Shown here: positions 16,962 to 25,028 of the stretch, piece after piece | How the letters are laid out: each line of letters begins with the position of its first letter | Numbering within the stretch: the first letter of the stretch is position 1 | Made by a program: the position numbers and the translations under genes | The notes under the pieces: model-generated | The model's input: only the letters and a program-made list of their open reading frames with translations | What the model was told of the DNA's origin: nothing | Database searches by the model: none | Virus record (IMG/VR): IMGVR_UViG_3300036850_000179 | Coordinates: 1 to 53,906 of that record | DNA from: a virus | Lineage: Duplodnaviria > Caudoviricetes | Direction: 5' to 3' (one strand) | Length of the DNA stretch: 53,906 nt

Positions 16962-16971
16962 GAGGTGAAGC

Positions 16972-17514
16972 ATGGCCCGGCGGGCGGTTGACGGCGTCAA
17001 GACTGGACGCCCCAGAAACGGCCAGAGCGGAACGCTGAACTCGCGCCAACGCCCCGATGGGCTGTACCCATGTTCCCGATGCAACCACGCTTATGCCGCT
17101 AAACACATGAGGGGCAACGCGAAGTACAGCGACCATATCGGGTCGGAGTGCCTCCGTTGCGTTAGGGTGCGTTCTCTCGCCCACAACATCGCCCGCCGCG
17201 CAGCAGTCCTCGTTCGCGTTCCGGACTGGTGCCGAGAGTGCGGTGAAGAACTTGACCCCGTAGTGGCAGAGTTCGACCACCTTCCGGGGCATGAGAAGAT
17301 GTTCGACATAGGCACGTGGGTCAACCGGTACGGCGGTCTCAGCCCTGAACTACGAACCATAGAAGCCCTGGCCGCCGAGCTAAAGAAGGGCGAGTGGGTT
17401 CACGGCGACTGCCATAAACGCCGAACGTACGAACGAGAAATAACGGACCAGGCTCGCGACGTACTCGAAGCCTGGGTGACCGAAACCGGTGCAATACCTT
17501 TGGAAACCACATGA
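16972..17514 (+). CDS. HNH-like endonuclease with Zn fingers
   Basis: CSRC, CLRC, CRECG, EFDH, HGDCHKRRT; lower GC than neighbours. Confidence 0.8.
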   Translation: MARRAVDGVKTGRPRNGQSGTLNSRQRPDGLYPCSRCNHAYAAKHMRGNAKYSDHIGSECLRCVRVRSLAHNIARRAAVLVRVPDWCRECGEELDPVVAEFDHLPGHEKMFDIGTWVNRYGGLSPELRTIEALAAELKKGEWVHGDCHKRRTYEREITDQARDVLEAWVTETGAIPLETT

Positions 17515-17702
17515 CCTGCCCCCAACACGGCTACCCCCTGAAAGCCGCCTGGCCATACCTCAACCGCTGCTGGCGCTGCCTCGACGAAGGGGTTATCCCG
17601 AAGCCTGCCGTAGCTCCTGCCCCCGCCAGTCAGATGTCCTCATCCAACGTCTACCATATCGGCACATGCCGTTCGTGCCGTACCCGAGGAGAAGTCGCAT
17701 GA
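17511..17702 (+). CDS. Cys-rich microprotein
   Basis: CPQH...CWRC...CRSC; ATGA coupling. Confidence 0.55.
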   Translation: MTCPQHGYPLKAAWPYLNRCWRCLDEGVIPKPAVAPAPASQMSSSNVYHIGTCRSCRTRGEVA

Positions 17703-17851
17703 ACTGGGAAAGATACGCAGACGCCATCCACGACGCCTACTTCCCGCCCGGTCGGCCGAAGCTGCCGTGGCACCGGACCCGTTCGGGGCGGCTCGCGCTC
17801 GCCCTCGGCATCGCGTTCGGCATCGCCGCGTGGGCGCTGACGACAGCATGA
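17699..17851 (+). CDS. Small protein with C-terminal TM
   Basis: GAGGAG RBS; hydrophobic tail. Confidence 0.65.
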   Translation: MNWERYADAIHDAYFPPGRPKLPWHRTRSGRLALALGIAFGIAAWALTTA

Positions 17852-18057
17852 GGTGGCCGAGGGTGCGCCGGCGGCATGTCGACCAGGTCGTCGCCTGGGC
17901 GGTCATCATCATTGTCGTGACGTTCACGTTCACGCTGCTGTGGCTGACCGCGATGCTCCTCGCCGGCGCGGTCGAGTACCGGGGGGAGCTGACGACGCCG
18001 CCCCCGACGGCTGCTGACTGGCGGGGCGGTACACCTGGAGGAGTGAAGCCGGAATGA
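17848..18057 (+). CDS. Small single-TM protein
   Basis: ATGA coupling; hydrophobic helix. Confidence 0.6.
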   Translation: MRWPRVRRRHVDQVVAWAVIIIVVTFTFTLLWLTAMLLAGAVEYRGELTTPPPTAADWRGGTPGGVKPE

Positions 18058-18500
18058 GCGCGTCGCGGTTCAAGTCGTGGTGGACGTGGTACTCCGGCCC
18101 GGACGCCCGTACGGAAGACCTCCGGATGTTCGACACGGAGGAGGAGGCGCTGGAGTACCAGGCCGACCCGAAAGGGCGCGGGTTCCTCGGCGGGAAGTGG
18201 GTGCAGCGAGTCGCGGTCCGGCCGTGGGAGACGCCGACGTTCACCACCGACCCTCCGGTCCATTACCCCGGACCTGAGACGCAGGAGGAGTCGCAGCGCC
18301 GCATCCGGCTGGAGCTGCTCATCACGCGGCTGCGGAAGGCCGGCGACAACCCCGAGAAGATGACCTACGTCGAGAGGGAGCTGGAACCGACCGACGACGA
18401 ACTCGCCCAGGCGTGGGCTATACTCGCTGAGGAGCAAGCCAAGAAGGACGAGCGCGCCCGGCAGCGGGCCGTCGCGAAGGGGGCAGCAGGACATGCCTGA
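18054..18500 (+). CDS. Hypothetical protein
   Basis: Coupled ORF, protein-like composition. Confidence 0.75.
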   Translation: MSASRFKSWWTWYSGPDARTEDLRMFDTEEEALEYQADPKGRGFLGGKWVQRVAVRPWETPTFTTDPPVHYPGPETQEESQRRIRLELLITRLRKAGDNPEKMTYVERELEPTDDELAQAWAILAEEQAKKDERARQRAVAKGAAGHA

Positions 18501-19062
18501 GTTGACCATCCCGGGGCTGGTGTTCATCGCCCTGGTCCCGTTCATCCTCGCCGCGGTGCTCGCGTGGCGGGAAGTCGCCAAGACGTACAAGGCGAGCCTG
18601 GAGCATCAGGACCGCATGGCGACGCTGCGGTACGACCAGGAGCAGCGCGACCGGGCCGGCGACTTCATCGCCGCGGCGGCGGTCGAGGCGGTGTTCGCGA
18701 CGGAAGAGTGGGCCGCGCGGGTCGGCTACCACGACCTCGCGAAGCTGGAGTACGCAACGACCTACCTGGAGAAGCTGCTCGACGACGAGGGCATCAAAGT
18801 CGAGCACGAGCAGCGGGTGAAGTACATCGACGCGGCGCTGACCCGGGTCCGCCCGCAGCTCCCCGCGACAGCGTCGGAGGTGGCGGAGCTGGCGCAGTCG
18901 CTCAACCGGGAGCAGCTTGACGCCGCGCTCGCGGGGCAGGAGCGCGTTCTCTTGGACGCGCCGGCCGACATCCCGGAGGAGCTGAACCGGCCGCTCAACA
19001 CCCAGGCGCGGGCGTTGTCCCCCGGGGAGCATCGGGCCGCCGCGGAAGGGAGCGCCGACTGA
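18493..19062 (+). CDS. Membrane-anchored helical protein
   Basis: N-terminal TM, helical remainder. Confidence 0.75.
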   Translation: MPELTIPGLVFIALVPFILAAVLAWREVAKTYKASLEHQDRMATLRYDQEQRDRAGDFIAAAAVEAVFATEEWAARVGYHDLAKLEYATTYLEKLLDDEGIKVEHEQRVKYIDAALTRVRPQLPATASEVAELAQSLNREQLDAALAGQERVLLDAPADIPEELNRPLNTQARALSPGEHRAAAEGSAD

Positions 19063-19322
19063 TGATACGAGTCACGGTCGAGCTACTACCGGCCGGCGAC
19101 GAGGAGCGGAAGCGGCTCCTCGGTGTCGCGACCATCGCCAACGACGGCTCCAGCCTCAACCCCTCGTTCGGCAACTACGTCGTGTACCTGTCGAAGTGGG
19201 CGCCCCATCAGAACCGGACGTGGAAGGCGGGGGCGGTGACGAAGTTCAACCGCCGCACCCGCGGCCCGTGGGACCTCTTGTACGTCGCGCTCCGGAACAT
19301 CGTCGGGGACAGGAACCCGTAA
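19062..19322 (+). CDS. Conserved-type phage hypothetical protein
   Basis: MIRVTVELLP.G...IANDG...GNY...WDL pattern. Confidence 0.8.
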   Translation: MIRVTVELLPAGDEERKRLLGVATIANDGSSLNPSFGNYVVYLSKWAPHQNRTWKAGAVTKFNRRTRGPWDLLYVALRNIVGDRNP

Positions 19323-19331
19323 GGGGGTAGG

Positions 19332-20072
19332 ATGCAGCGGCGGCCGTACCGGTCCCGGCAGTCGAAGTTGACGTACTGGCGTCGACGCCTGGTCGTCGTG
19401 TGCATCCTCATCATCGTCACGCCGTTCATCCTCGCCGAGGCTGCCGCCCTCGCCGACCGTGCCATCCATCCGGAGCCGCGCGCCCGGTCATGGGCGACGA
19501 ATGAGTTCGGGGCGCCGTACGCGCCGGCCGACAAGGCATGGGCACCGCCGACGACGCGGGCCAAGCCGAAGCCCAAGCCGAAGGTGAAGCCGGCGAAGGC
19601 GAAGCCTGGTGCCTGGCCGGCGTGTAAGCCGAAGCGCCGGCCGAAGGACATCCCCGCGAACGCCTTCCGGGAGTACGTGAGGGCGGGGAGGTGCGATTGG
19701 TGGGTTCTCGCCGGCGTCGGGTTCGTCGAGTCCAACCACGGCCAGTCGAACGCGCCGGGGGTGAAGTCGGGCGTCAACCGCTTCGGCTGCTGCGCCGGCC
19801 CGATGCAGTTCCACATGGGCGGCACCGCGCAGCAGTATGGACTGGACAGTCGCACGGTGTACCAGTTGAAGTACGCCGTTCCGGCGGCGTTCCGTCTGCT
19901 GCACGACAACGGCCTCGGGAACAGGAAGCTGGTCGGCCGCTGTGCGTCGACCGCCCGGCGCTACAAGGTTCCGACCGGGACCGCGAATGCGCTGTACCAC
20001 TACAACCGCGCCTGCTGGTATGTCGCCGGGACGCTAGGACCCGGACTGCACTACAGATATGAGGCTGGCTGA
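19332..20072 (+). CDS. Membrane-anchored lytic transglycosylase (SLT family)
   Basis: N-terminal TM, PK linker, LAGVGFVESNHG, AGPMQF, ALYHYN...YV. Confidence 0.88.
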   Translation: MQRRPYRSRQSKLTYWRRRLVVVCILIIVTPFILAEAAALADRAIHPEPRARSWATNEFGAPYAPADKAWAPPTTRAKPKPKPKVKPAKAKPGAWPACKPKRRPKDIPANAFREYVRAGRCDWWVLAGVGFVESNHGQSNAPGVKSGVNRFGCCAGPMQFHMGGTAQQYGLDSRTVYQLKYAVPAAFRLLHDNGLGNRKLVGRCASTARRYKVPTGTANALYHYNRACWYVAGTLGPGLHYRYEAG

Positions 20073-20308
20073 TGCAAGACCGCGACGAAGGTCGCGATGG
20101 CGATTACGTCGTCACCGCGCAGTGGATAGGGGAGCACCTCCTCGCCGGTGGGTCGTACTTCGGTAGCGTCCAGGCCGCCCGGGAGTGGGCGGCCGGGTGC
20201 CTCGGCGTCGACCCGTCGGAGGTGGAGGTAGTCGTCTCCGACCAGTCGTCGCCGGACCCTCCGCCGCAGCGTGCCCTCTTCGAGGAGAACGGAATCGCGG
20301 GCGTCTAA
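20072..20308 (+). CDS. Hypothetical protein
   Basis: TGATG coupling. Confidence 0.6.
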   Translation: MQDRDEGRDGDYVVTAQWIGEHLLAGGSYFGSVQAAREWAAGCLGVDPSEVEVVVSDQSSPDPPPQRALFEENGIAGV

Positions 20309-20325
20309 CACCGAAAGGGTAGAAC

Positions 20326-20628
20326 ATGACAGAAGAGACGATGGTGCTGTTGAAGCACTGCGAGAAGCACATGCCGGACGCTGCCCTCCGGGCCGACTTC
20401 CAGGACTGCGTCCTGCCGGAGGCGAAGGACGACCACGCTCGGGAGGTCCTCCAGGACTACTACAACCGCCGCCGGCGGCACCGGAGTTTCCAGCCGGGCA
20501 GCTTCACCCACAACAACCACATCGAGGCGCTCGCGACCGTGGCGGGTCGCTGCGAGGTCTGCGGGAAGCCCGCCCGCGGCCGGACATGCGGCGCCCGGTG
20601 CCGCAAGACCCTCTCTAGGGGGGTGTGA
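20326..20628 (+). CDS. Protein with C-terminal Zn finger
   Basis: CEVCG...TCGARC. Confidence 0.7.
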   Translation: MTEETMVLLKHCEKHMPDAALRADFQDCVLPEAKDDHAREVLQDYYNRRRRHRSFQPGSFTHNNHIEALATVAGRCEVCGKPARGRTCGARCRKTLSRGV

Positions 20629-20712
20629 CACCGACACCCCCCAGTTTTAGGTGTGACAAACCGCAGGTCAGAGGGGGTGCCCCCGGACGGTTTGGTCACT
20701 ACCCTACCGGAA

Positions 20713-20747
20713 ACACAAAAGCCCAGGTCAGAGACCTGGGCTTTGTG
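20713..20747. terminator. Bidirectional intrinsic terminator between the converging arms
   Basis: AAAGCCCAGGTC-AGA-GACCTGGGCTTT. Confidence 0.85.
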
Positions 20748-20769
20748 CGTCAGAACGGCTTGTAGAGGC

Positions 20770-21324
20770 TCAGTTGAGGGCGGCGTACGTCGGCCCCCAC
20801 ACCGACGACATGTTCTTCAGGACTTCGGTGCCGTCGGCGAGGAGGAACCGCACCTGGCCGGCTTCCGACTTCCCGCGGACGCGCATGAGGTCGTGGTCGT
20901 CGAGGTGCCCCGCCCACTCCCGCCCGGAGTCGGTTCGCCACCCCGTCGTCTCGGGGGTGCCGCATGGGACGCACCAGCCGACCGACGAGTGGACGTGCCA
21001 GTCGGGGATGTTCTCCAGCTTCCATTGCGTCTCGACGGTGCTCGTCCAGCGGCAGCCGTCGTAGATGGCGGCGTTGCGGTAGCAGCGGTGCCGGACGACA
21101 CCCTCGACCGTCCAAAAGTCGGCACCCTGAACCGGCACGCCGACACAGACGTTGACGGTGTCCTCGTAGAGGTTCCCCGCCGCGGTGACGTGGAACGCCG
21201 TCTGCTGCTCGCCGGTGCACGACTCGGCGGGGATGAGGTCGGTCGAGTCGTGCGCGCCCGCCGGCACCATGCCGACCAGGACGAACGCCACGCTGAGCAG
21301 CATGGCGACGAGAACTCTTCTCAT
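20770..21324 (-). CDS. Secreted 184-aa Cys-patterned protein B
   Basis: AGGAG RBS; signal peptide ending AGA; 6 Cys. Confidence 0.8.
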   Translation of the reverse strand: MRRVLVAMLLSVAFVLVGMVPAGAHDSTDLIPAESCTGEQQTAFHVTAAGNLYEDTVNVCVGVPVQGADFWTVEGVVRHRCYRNAAIYDGCRWTSTVETQWKLENIPDWHVHSSVGWCVPCGTPETTGWRTDSGREWAGHLDDHDLMRVRGKSEAGQVRFLLADGTEVLKNMSSVWGPTYAALN

Positions 21325-21334
21325 GCGTCTCCTC

Positions 21335-21514
21335 TCAGGAGCCGGCGAAGCGCCGCCGGCGCCGGCCTTCCTCACCGGGCTGCTTCCGGATGTTGGCGAC
21401 CTTCTTGCGGGTCGGAGCCATCGGGGCGGTCCCGGCCTGCATGTCCTCCCGGACGCCGGCGCCCCGCTGGCCGCCTTCCGGACCCGACTTCGAGCCCTTC
21501 CTGGCCTCGGCCAT
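21335..21514 (-). CDS. 59-aa basic peptide with ARKGSKSGPEGG motif
   Basis: Hand translation; GGGAGG RBS. Confidence 0.7.
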   Translation of the reverse strand: MAEARKGSKSGPEGGQRGAGVREDMQAGTAPMAPTRKKVANIRKQPGEEGRRRRRFAGS

Positions 21515-21527
21515 CGTACCTCCCCTC

Positions 21528-21752
21528 TTACGCCCCGTCGAGGCGGATTGCCGAACCCGCCATGTGCTTCTTGGCTCTGCCTGCCCTGGACACCCGTGCG
21601 GTTGTCGCCGGGTTCGTCTCGGCCGGCACCTGCTTGACGGCCTGCCGTGCGCCGCCTTCCGGCCCGGACCGGGAGCCGCGCCTTGCCGCCGGCGCCGGCT
21701 CCGGGAACTCCATCAGGTGCTCGCCGTAGAGCTGCTGGCCGTAGTCCGCCAT
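21528..21752 (-). CDS. 74-aa peptide with ARRGSRSGPEGG motif
   Basis: TGATG coupling; motif shared with the downstream gene. Confidence 0.7.
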   Translation of the reverse strand: MADYGQQLYGEHLMEFPEPAPAARRGSRSGPEGGARQAVKQVPAETNPATTARVSRAGRAKKHMAGSAIRLDGA

Positions 21753-21880
21753 CACCACACCACCCGCTCGTCGGGGTCGCTGATGCGCCGGACGGTGGCG
21801 CCATCGGTCGCCCTGATGAAGAGGATGTCCTCACCGGCGAAGCGGATGGTGTAGTCGTCGGGGATGTTGACGTGGTACAT
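21752..21880 (-). CDS. 42-aa microprotein
   Basis: AGGAGG RBS; MYHVNIPDDYTIRFAGEDILFIRATDGATVRRISDPDERVVW. Confidence 0.65.
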   Translation of the reverse strand: MYHVNIPDDYTIRFAGEDILFIRATDGATVRRISDPDERVVW

Positions 21881-21889
21881 GCGGTCCTC

Positions 21890-22039
21890 CTAGTAGGTGA
21901 GGCTCCCGCCCCCACCACCGCGGGTGTACCGACGGCGGATGCGGCGGGGAGGTTTCGTTCTGCGAACGGGCCGGCGCCGGCCGCCGGAGGTCAAGCTGAA
22001 CCGTTGCGGCCGGGGCAGCCCCTTCCGGCGGCGGGCCAT
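21890..22039 (-). CDS. 49-aa protamine-like Arg-rich protein
   Basis: MARRRK...; 18 K/R, no D/E; TGATG coupling. Confidence 0.65.
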   Translation of the reverse strand: MARRRKGLPRPQRFSLTSGGRRRPVRRTKPPRRIRRRYTRGGGGGSLTY

Positions 22040-22239
22040 CAGTAGCCCCGGCGTCTCGACCGGGTCGACAGCGGCCGCATCGGGCGGAAGCGGCCGACCC
22101 GCCGGGGGGTTCCCGGCGTCAGGTTCCTGCCGACCCGCCGTCCGGGCATGCGGGTCTGCCGCTTCGCCATCGGCCGGATGGGGGTGAAGCGGATGCTCCT
22201 TCGCATGCCCCATGCGCGCCGGCGTCGTGTCATCGCCAT
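22039..22239 (-). CDS. 66-aa protamine-like Arg-rich protein
   Basis: About one third Arg, no D/E; internal RRVGR and RPM repeats. Confidence 0.6.
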   Translation of the reverse strand: MAMTRRRRAWGMRRSIRFTPIRPMAKRQTRMPGRRVGRNLTPGTPRRVGRFRPMRPLSTRSRRRGY

Positions 22240-22670
22240 CGTTTCTCAGCCTCTCGTGTGGCTGCCCCGTCTACTGGTGTCCTCGCGGGCTCGCCCTTCC
22301 GTGCGGCGGCCTGCCGTTCTGCCTCCTCCTCGAACAGCCGGTCGAGCCCGACACCGAACGTCTGGTCGAACTGGTCGAGGTCGACCCGCCACGGCTCCTG
22401 CGCGACCGCCTGCGCGGCCTGCGCGCGGGTCATCTGACCGGCGTTGTACGCCGCGGCCTCCGCCGGGTGCCTCGCCGCCCACGCCTCACCGATGTCCTTC
22501 TCGGTGATGAAGTCGGCGGTCCACTTCTCATGTCCGGTCGCGGCGTCCGCCCACCGCGTAAGGGCGGCGGCGACGGTACCCGCGGCGGACCTGAAAGCCA
22601 CGGCCAACACGACCGCGGCGGAGACGCTCCCCGCGGCCAGGACCGCGCTGGCGGCCAAGACTGGGTCCAT
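22230..22670 (-). CDS. N-terminal TM protein
   Basis: GAGGG RBS; hydrophobic N-terminus, helical body. Confidence 0.7.
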   Translation of the reverse strand: MDPVLAASAVLAAGSVSAAVVLAVAFRSAAGTVAAALTRWADAATGHEKWTADFITEKDIGEAWAARHPAEAAAYNAGQMTRAQAAQAVAQEPWRVDLDQFDQTFGVGLDRLFEEEAERQAAARKGEPARTPVDGAATREAEKRWR

Positions 22671-23205
22671 GCGTCACCCTCACATTCGTCGAGATGTACT
22701 TCGCTGACGTGGCCTGCATCCGTCGGAAGCGTGCCATCGTGTCGGGGATGCCGTACGGGTTCGGCAGTGCCGTCCCGGGTGTGTTGTCGCCGCGGACGCC
22801 CCACTCGGCGAGGAGCTTCCCGGGGCCTTTCACTTCCAGGTCGAACTCCGTCGCGATGTGCATTTTCCAGCCGGCCTGCCGGAGGATGGCCTGTCCGAGC
22901 GCGACCTGCGAGATGACCGCGGGGATGGCCCCGAAGAACGTCCCGAGCACGACGATGACGGTCTTCTGGTTCGGGAGGTAGAACTCCGGCGCCCACGCCG
23001 GCAGCAGCGTCTTCGCGAACACCGGAGGGTTCGACCACTTCGACACGGGCAGGCGGTAGTAGAACCGGACGCCCCACCCGACGAGGGTCAGCCACATCTT
23101 CGCGTCGGCGCTGGAGATGTCCGGCATGGGGTTCTGCCAGCCGGGGACCGGGACATGGAACCCGCCACGGGTCCTGCGGGGGTACCGGTCCCGGTCCATG
23201 CTCAC
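22528..23205 (-). CDS. Degenerate Vsr/DUF559-fold protein with Arg-rich tail
   Basis: PEFYLP..KTVIVVLGTFFG...LRQAGWKMHIATEFDL parallels the Vsr pattern PDF..IEVDG.FWH...GW.V..VWE. Confidence 0.5.
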   Translation of the reverse strand: MSMDRDRYPRRTRGGFHVPVPGWQNPMPDISSADAKMWLTLVGWGVRFYYRLPVSKWSNPPVFAKTLLPAWAPEFYLPNQKTVIVVLGTFFGAIPAVISQVALGQAILRQAGWKMHIATEFDLEVKGPGKLLAEWGVRGDNTPGTALPNPYGIPDTMARFRRMQATSAKYISTNVRVTHGPSLGRQRGPGRGERLRRGRVGRGFQVRRGYRRRRPYAVGGRRDRT

Positions 23206-23209
23206 CGCC

Positions 23210-23278
23210 CTAGAAGATGTTCGTGACGAGCAGGTCGATGAACAGCAGCACGTCGATGATGATGAGGTTCACGACCAT
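23210..23278 (-). CDS. 22-aa hydrophobic micropeptide
   Basis: MVVNLIIIDVLLFIDLLVTNIF; exactly fills the intergenic gap. Confidence 0.5.
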   Translation of the reverse strand: MVVNLIIIDVLLFIDLLVTNIF

Positions 23279-23286
23279 CCAGCTTC

Positions 23287-23523
23287 TCAACGTCTCCTCC
23301 TCCTGCCCCGCAGAACGTTCTTCGCGAACAGCGCCCGCCGCTTCGCGAGCTTCCCGTACCGGCCGGCCCTGGCCGCCCGCATCTTCGACGCGGGTATCTT
23401 CCTGCCGGCGGGGACGCCGAGCTGCCGGTGCAGCGCGCCCTTCTTGAACCGGATAGTCTTCTGCCCCTTCCGTCGCGGCCGGACGTAGCCGTAGCGTGTG
23501 CTACGCCGGCGTCTCCGCGCCAT
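23287..23523 (-). CDS. 78-aa highly basic protein (KGALHRQLGVP..KIP motif)
   Basis: GGGAG RBS; no D/E; poly-Arg at both ends. Confidence 0.8.
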   Translation of the reverse strand: MARRRRRSTRYGYVRPRRKGQKTIRFKKGALHRQLGVPAGRKIPASKMRAARAGRYGKLAKRRALFAKNVLRGRRRRR

Positions 23524-23546
23524 GAAGGTCTCCCATCTTGCCCCGT

Positions 23547-24101
23547 TCAGACCGGACAGCCGGTGTTGGCCTCCGCGATGTAGCTGTCATGGTTGTGGTC
23601 GCTCCCGACCTGGCCACTGGAGGACTGCGCCTGGAGGTTGTTGGTGATGGTGCGGTAGTGGTCGATGCCGGGCTCGCCGTCGTTGGGGCACACCCAGGGG
23701 GTGTAGTAGTCCTCGGAGGTGTCGTTGTAGGTGCCGGTGGTGTAGATGGCCGTCGCCTCGGAGACGTAGTAGCCGTAGAAGGCGTCGTAGTGGTAGAGGT
23801 TGATGGTCACGTCGCCGTAGATGATGTTGCACTCGTCGTTGCTGTCAGGCCCGTATGTGCCGAGACGGCACCGGACCTTCGTGTGGCCTCGGAACGCACC
23901 TTCGTTCGGGCCGGAGGTGGCCCTCTCGGTACAGGTGCGAGCCTCGAACACCTGCCCGTTGTTGAACGCCGACAGGGTGCTGAACGTGCTCGCGCCAGGC
24001 TTGCAGTCCATCTCGACGGCGTACGCGGGGGTGGGCGCGAACCCGACGAGGGCGAACGCAACCGCCAAGAGGAGCGGAATGAGAGCAAGCTTCAGTTTCA
24101 C
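23547..24101 (-). CDS. Secreted 184-aa Cys-patterned protein A
   Basis: Signal peptide ending AYA; 6 Cys; coupled to the GH25 gene. Confidence 0.8.
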   Translation of the reverse strand: MKLKLALIPLLLAVAFALVGFAPTPAYAVEMDCKPGASTFSTLSAFNNGQVFEARTCTERATSGPNEGAFRGHTKVRCRLGTYGPDSNDECNIIYGDVTINLYHYDAFYGYYVSEATAIYTTGTYNDTSEDYYTPWVCPNDGEPGIDHYRTITNNLQAQSSSGQVGSDHNHDSYIAEANTGCPV

Positions 24102-24721
24102 AGCACGAACTCCCTGGTCAGGTCCTCAGCTTCGCCGAGGAACGTGTCATCATCGCACGGCCGGTCGATGCCCGCCACCACCCGTGCGTTGTCCCGCTGC
24201 CAGAACCGCAGCGCCCGCCGCCGGTCGTCCGGGAGCATGCCTGGCGTGTCGGACCAGCGCGCAACCCACAACGGCCATCCTGGCGGCCACGGCCGTCCGC
24301 CGTACACGTTCGTCCAGTAGTTCAAGTTGACGTACACGATGGGGTAGCGACCGAGCGCCGACCGCATCGCCTCCATGTACCCCTCCAGGACCATCCACGA
24401 CGGGTCGCTGAAGGACCCGTCCCGGAAGTGGCGGCGTTCCACGTCGACGGCGTGCATGATGCCGCGCGGGTCGCTGACGGTCCGGAGGTACTGGTCGGCC
24501 TGCTCCAGCCCGGTCCATTCCGCGCGGAGGAAGTGGTAGCCGCCGAAGACGACCCCGGCAAGCATCGCCCGGCGGCGGTGGTCCCCGAACGTCGGGTCCT
24601 GGTAGTCGCCACCCTCCGACGCCTTATGGAAGTCGAAGGTCACACCGCCCTGCTTCAGCTCCGTGTAGGAGCGGACGACGACCCAGTGGCTCGTGTCGAC
24701 GCCACGGCAGGTACTAGACAT
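24098..24721 (-). CDS. GH25 muramidase (catalytic domain only)
   Basis: GVDTSHW, KASEG, GGYHF, VDVE, LWVARW, FWQ, CDDD. Confidence 0.92.
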   Translation of the reverse strand: MSSTCRGVDTSHWVVVRSYTELKQGGVTFDFHKASEGGDYQDPTFGDHRRRAMLAGVVFGGYHFLRAEWTGLEQADQYLRTVSDPRGIMHAVDVERRHFRDGSFSDPSWMVLEGYMEAMRSALGRYPIVYVNLNYWTNVYGGRPWPPGWPLWVARWSDTPGMLPDDRRRALRFWQRDNARVVAGIDRPCDDDTFLGEAEDLTREFVL

Positions 24722-25028
24722 CGCCGACGACGAGCGGCCCGTACCGGTAGGTGACGGGGTGGGACGCGATGGTCACGACGATGCGGTACCAGCCGAACCC
24801 GACCGCGAGGGCGGTGACGGTGTCTTCGAGCTGGACGGTGAAGATGCCCGCCGCCTCGTCGGTGACGACCCCGGCGATGGTGACGCCGCTGGCGTCCGAC
24901 GCGGTCTTGCTCGACTTCGCGATGAACGCGATGCTAGCGCCGGCGAGGCTTTTGCCGGTCACGAACGTCAGCAGCGGTTCGTCGCTTTCGGGTATCGGGA
25001 GGGGGACCTCCTGCGGGAGCGTCGCCAT
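24714..25028 (-). CDS. Tail-fibre attachment protein (BppU-N-like)
   Basis: Beta-rich; SLAGASIAF...GIFTVQL..T...WYRI pattern; follows the fibre gene. Confidence 0.6.
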   Translation of the reverse strand: MATLPQEVPLPIPESDEPLLTFVTGKSLAGASIAFIAKSSKTASDASGVTIAGVVTDEAAGIFTVQLEDTVTALAVGFGWYRIVVTIASHPVTYRYGPLVVGDV

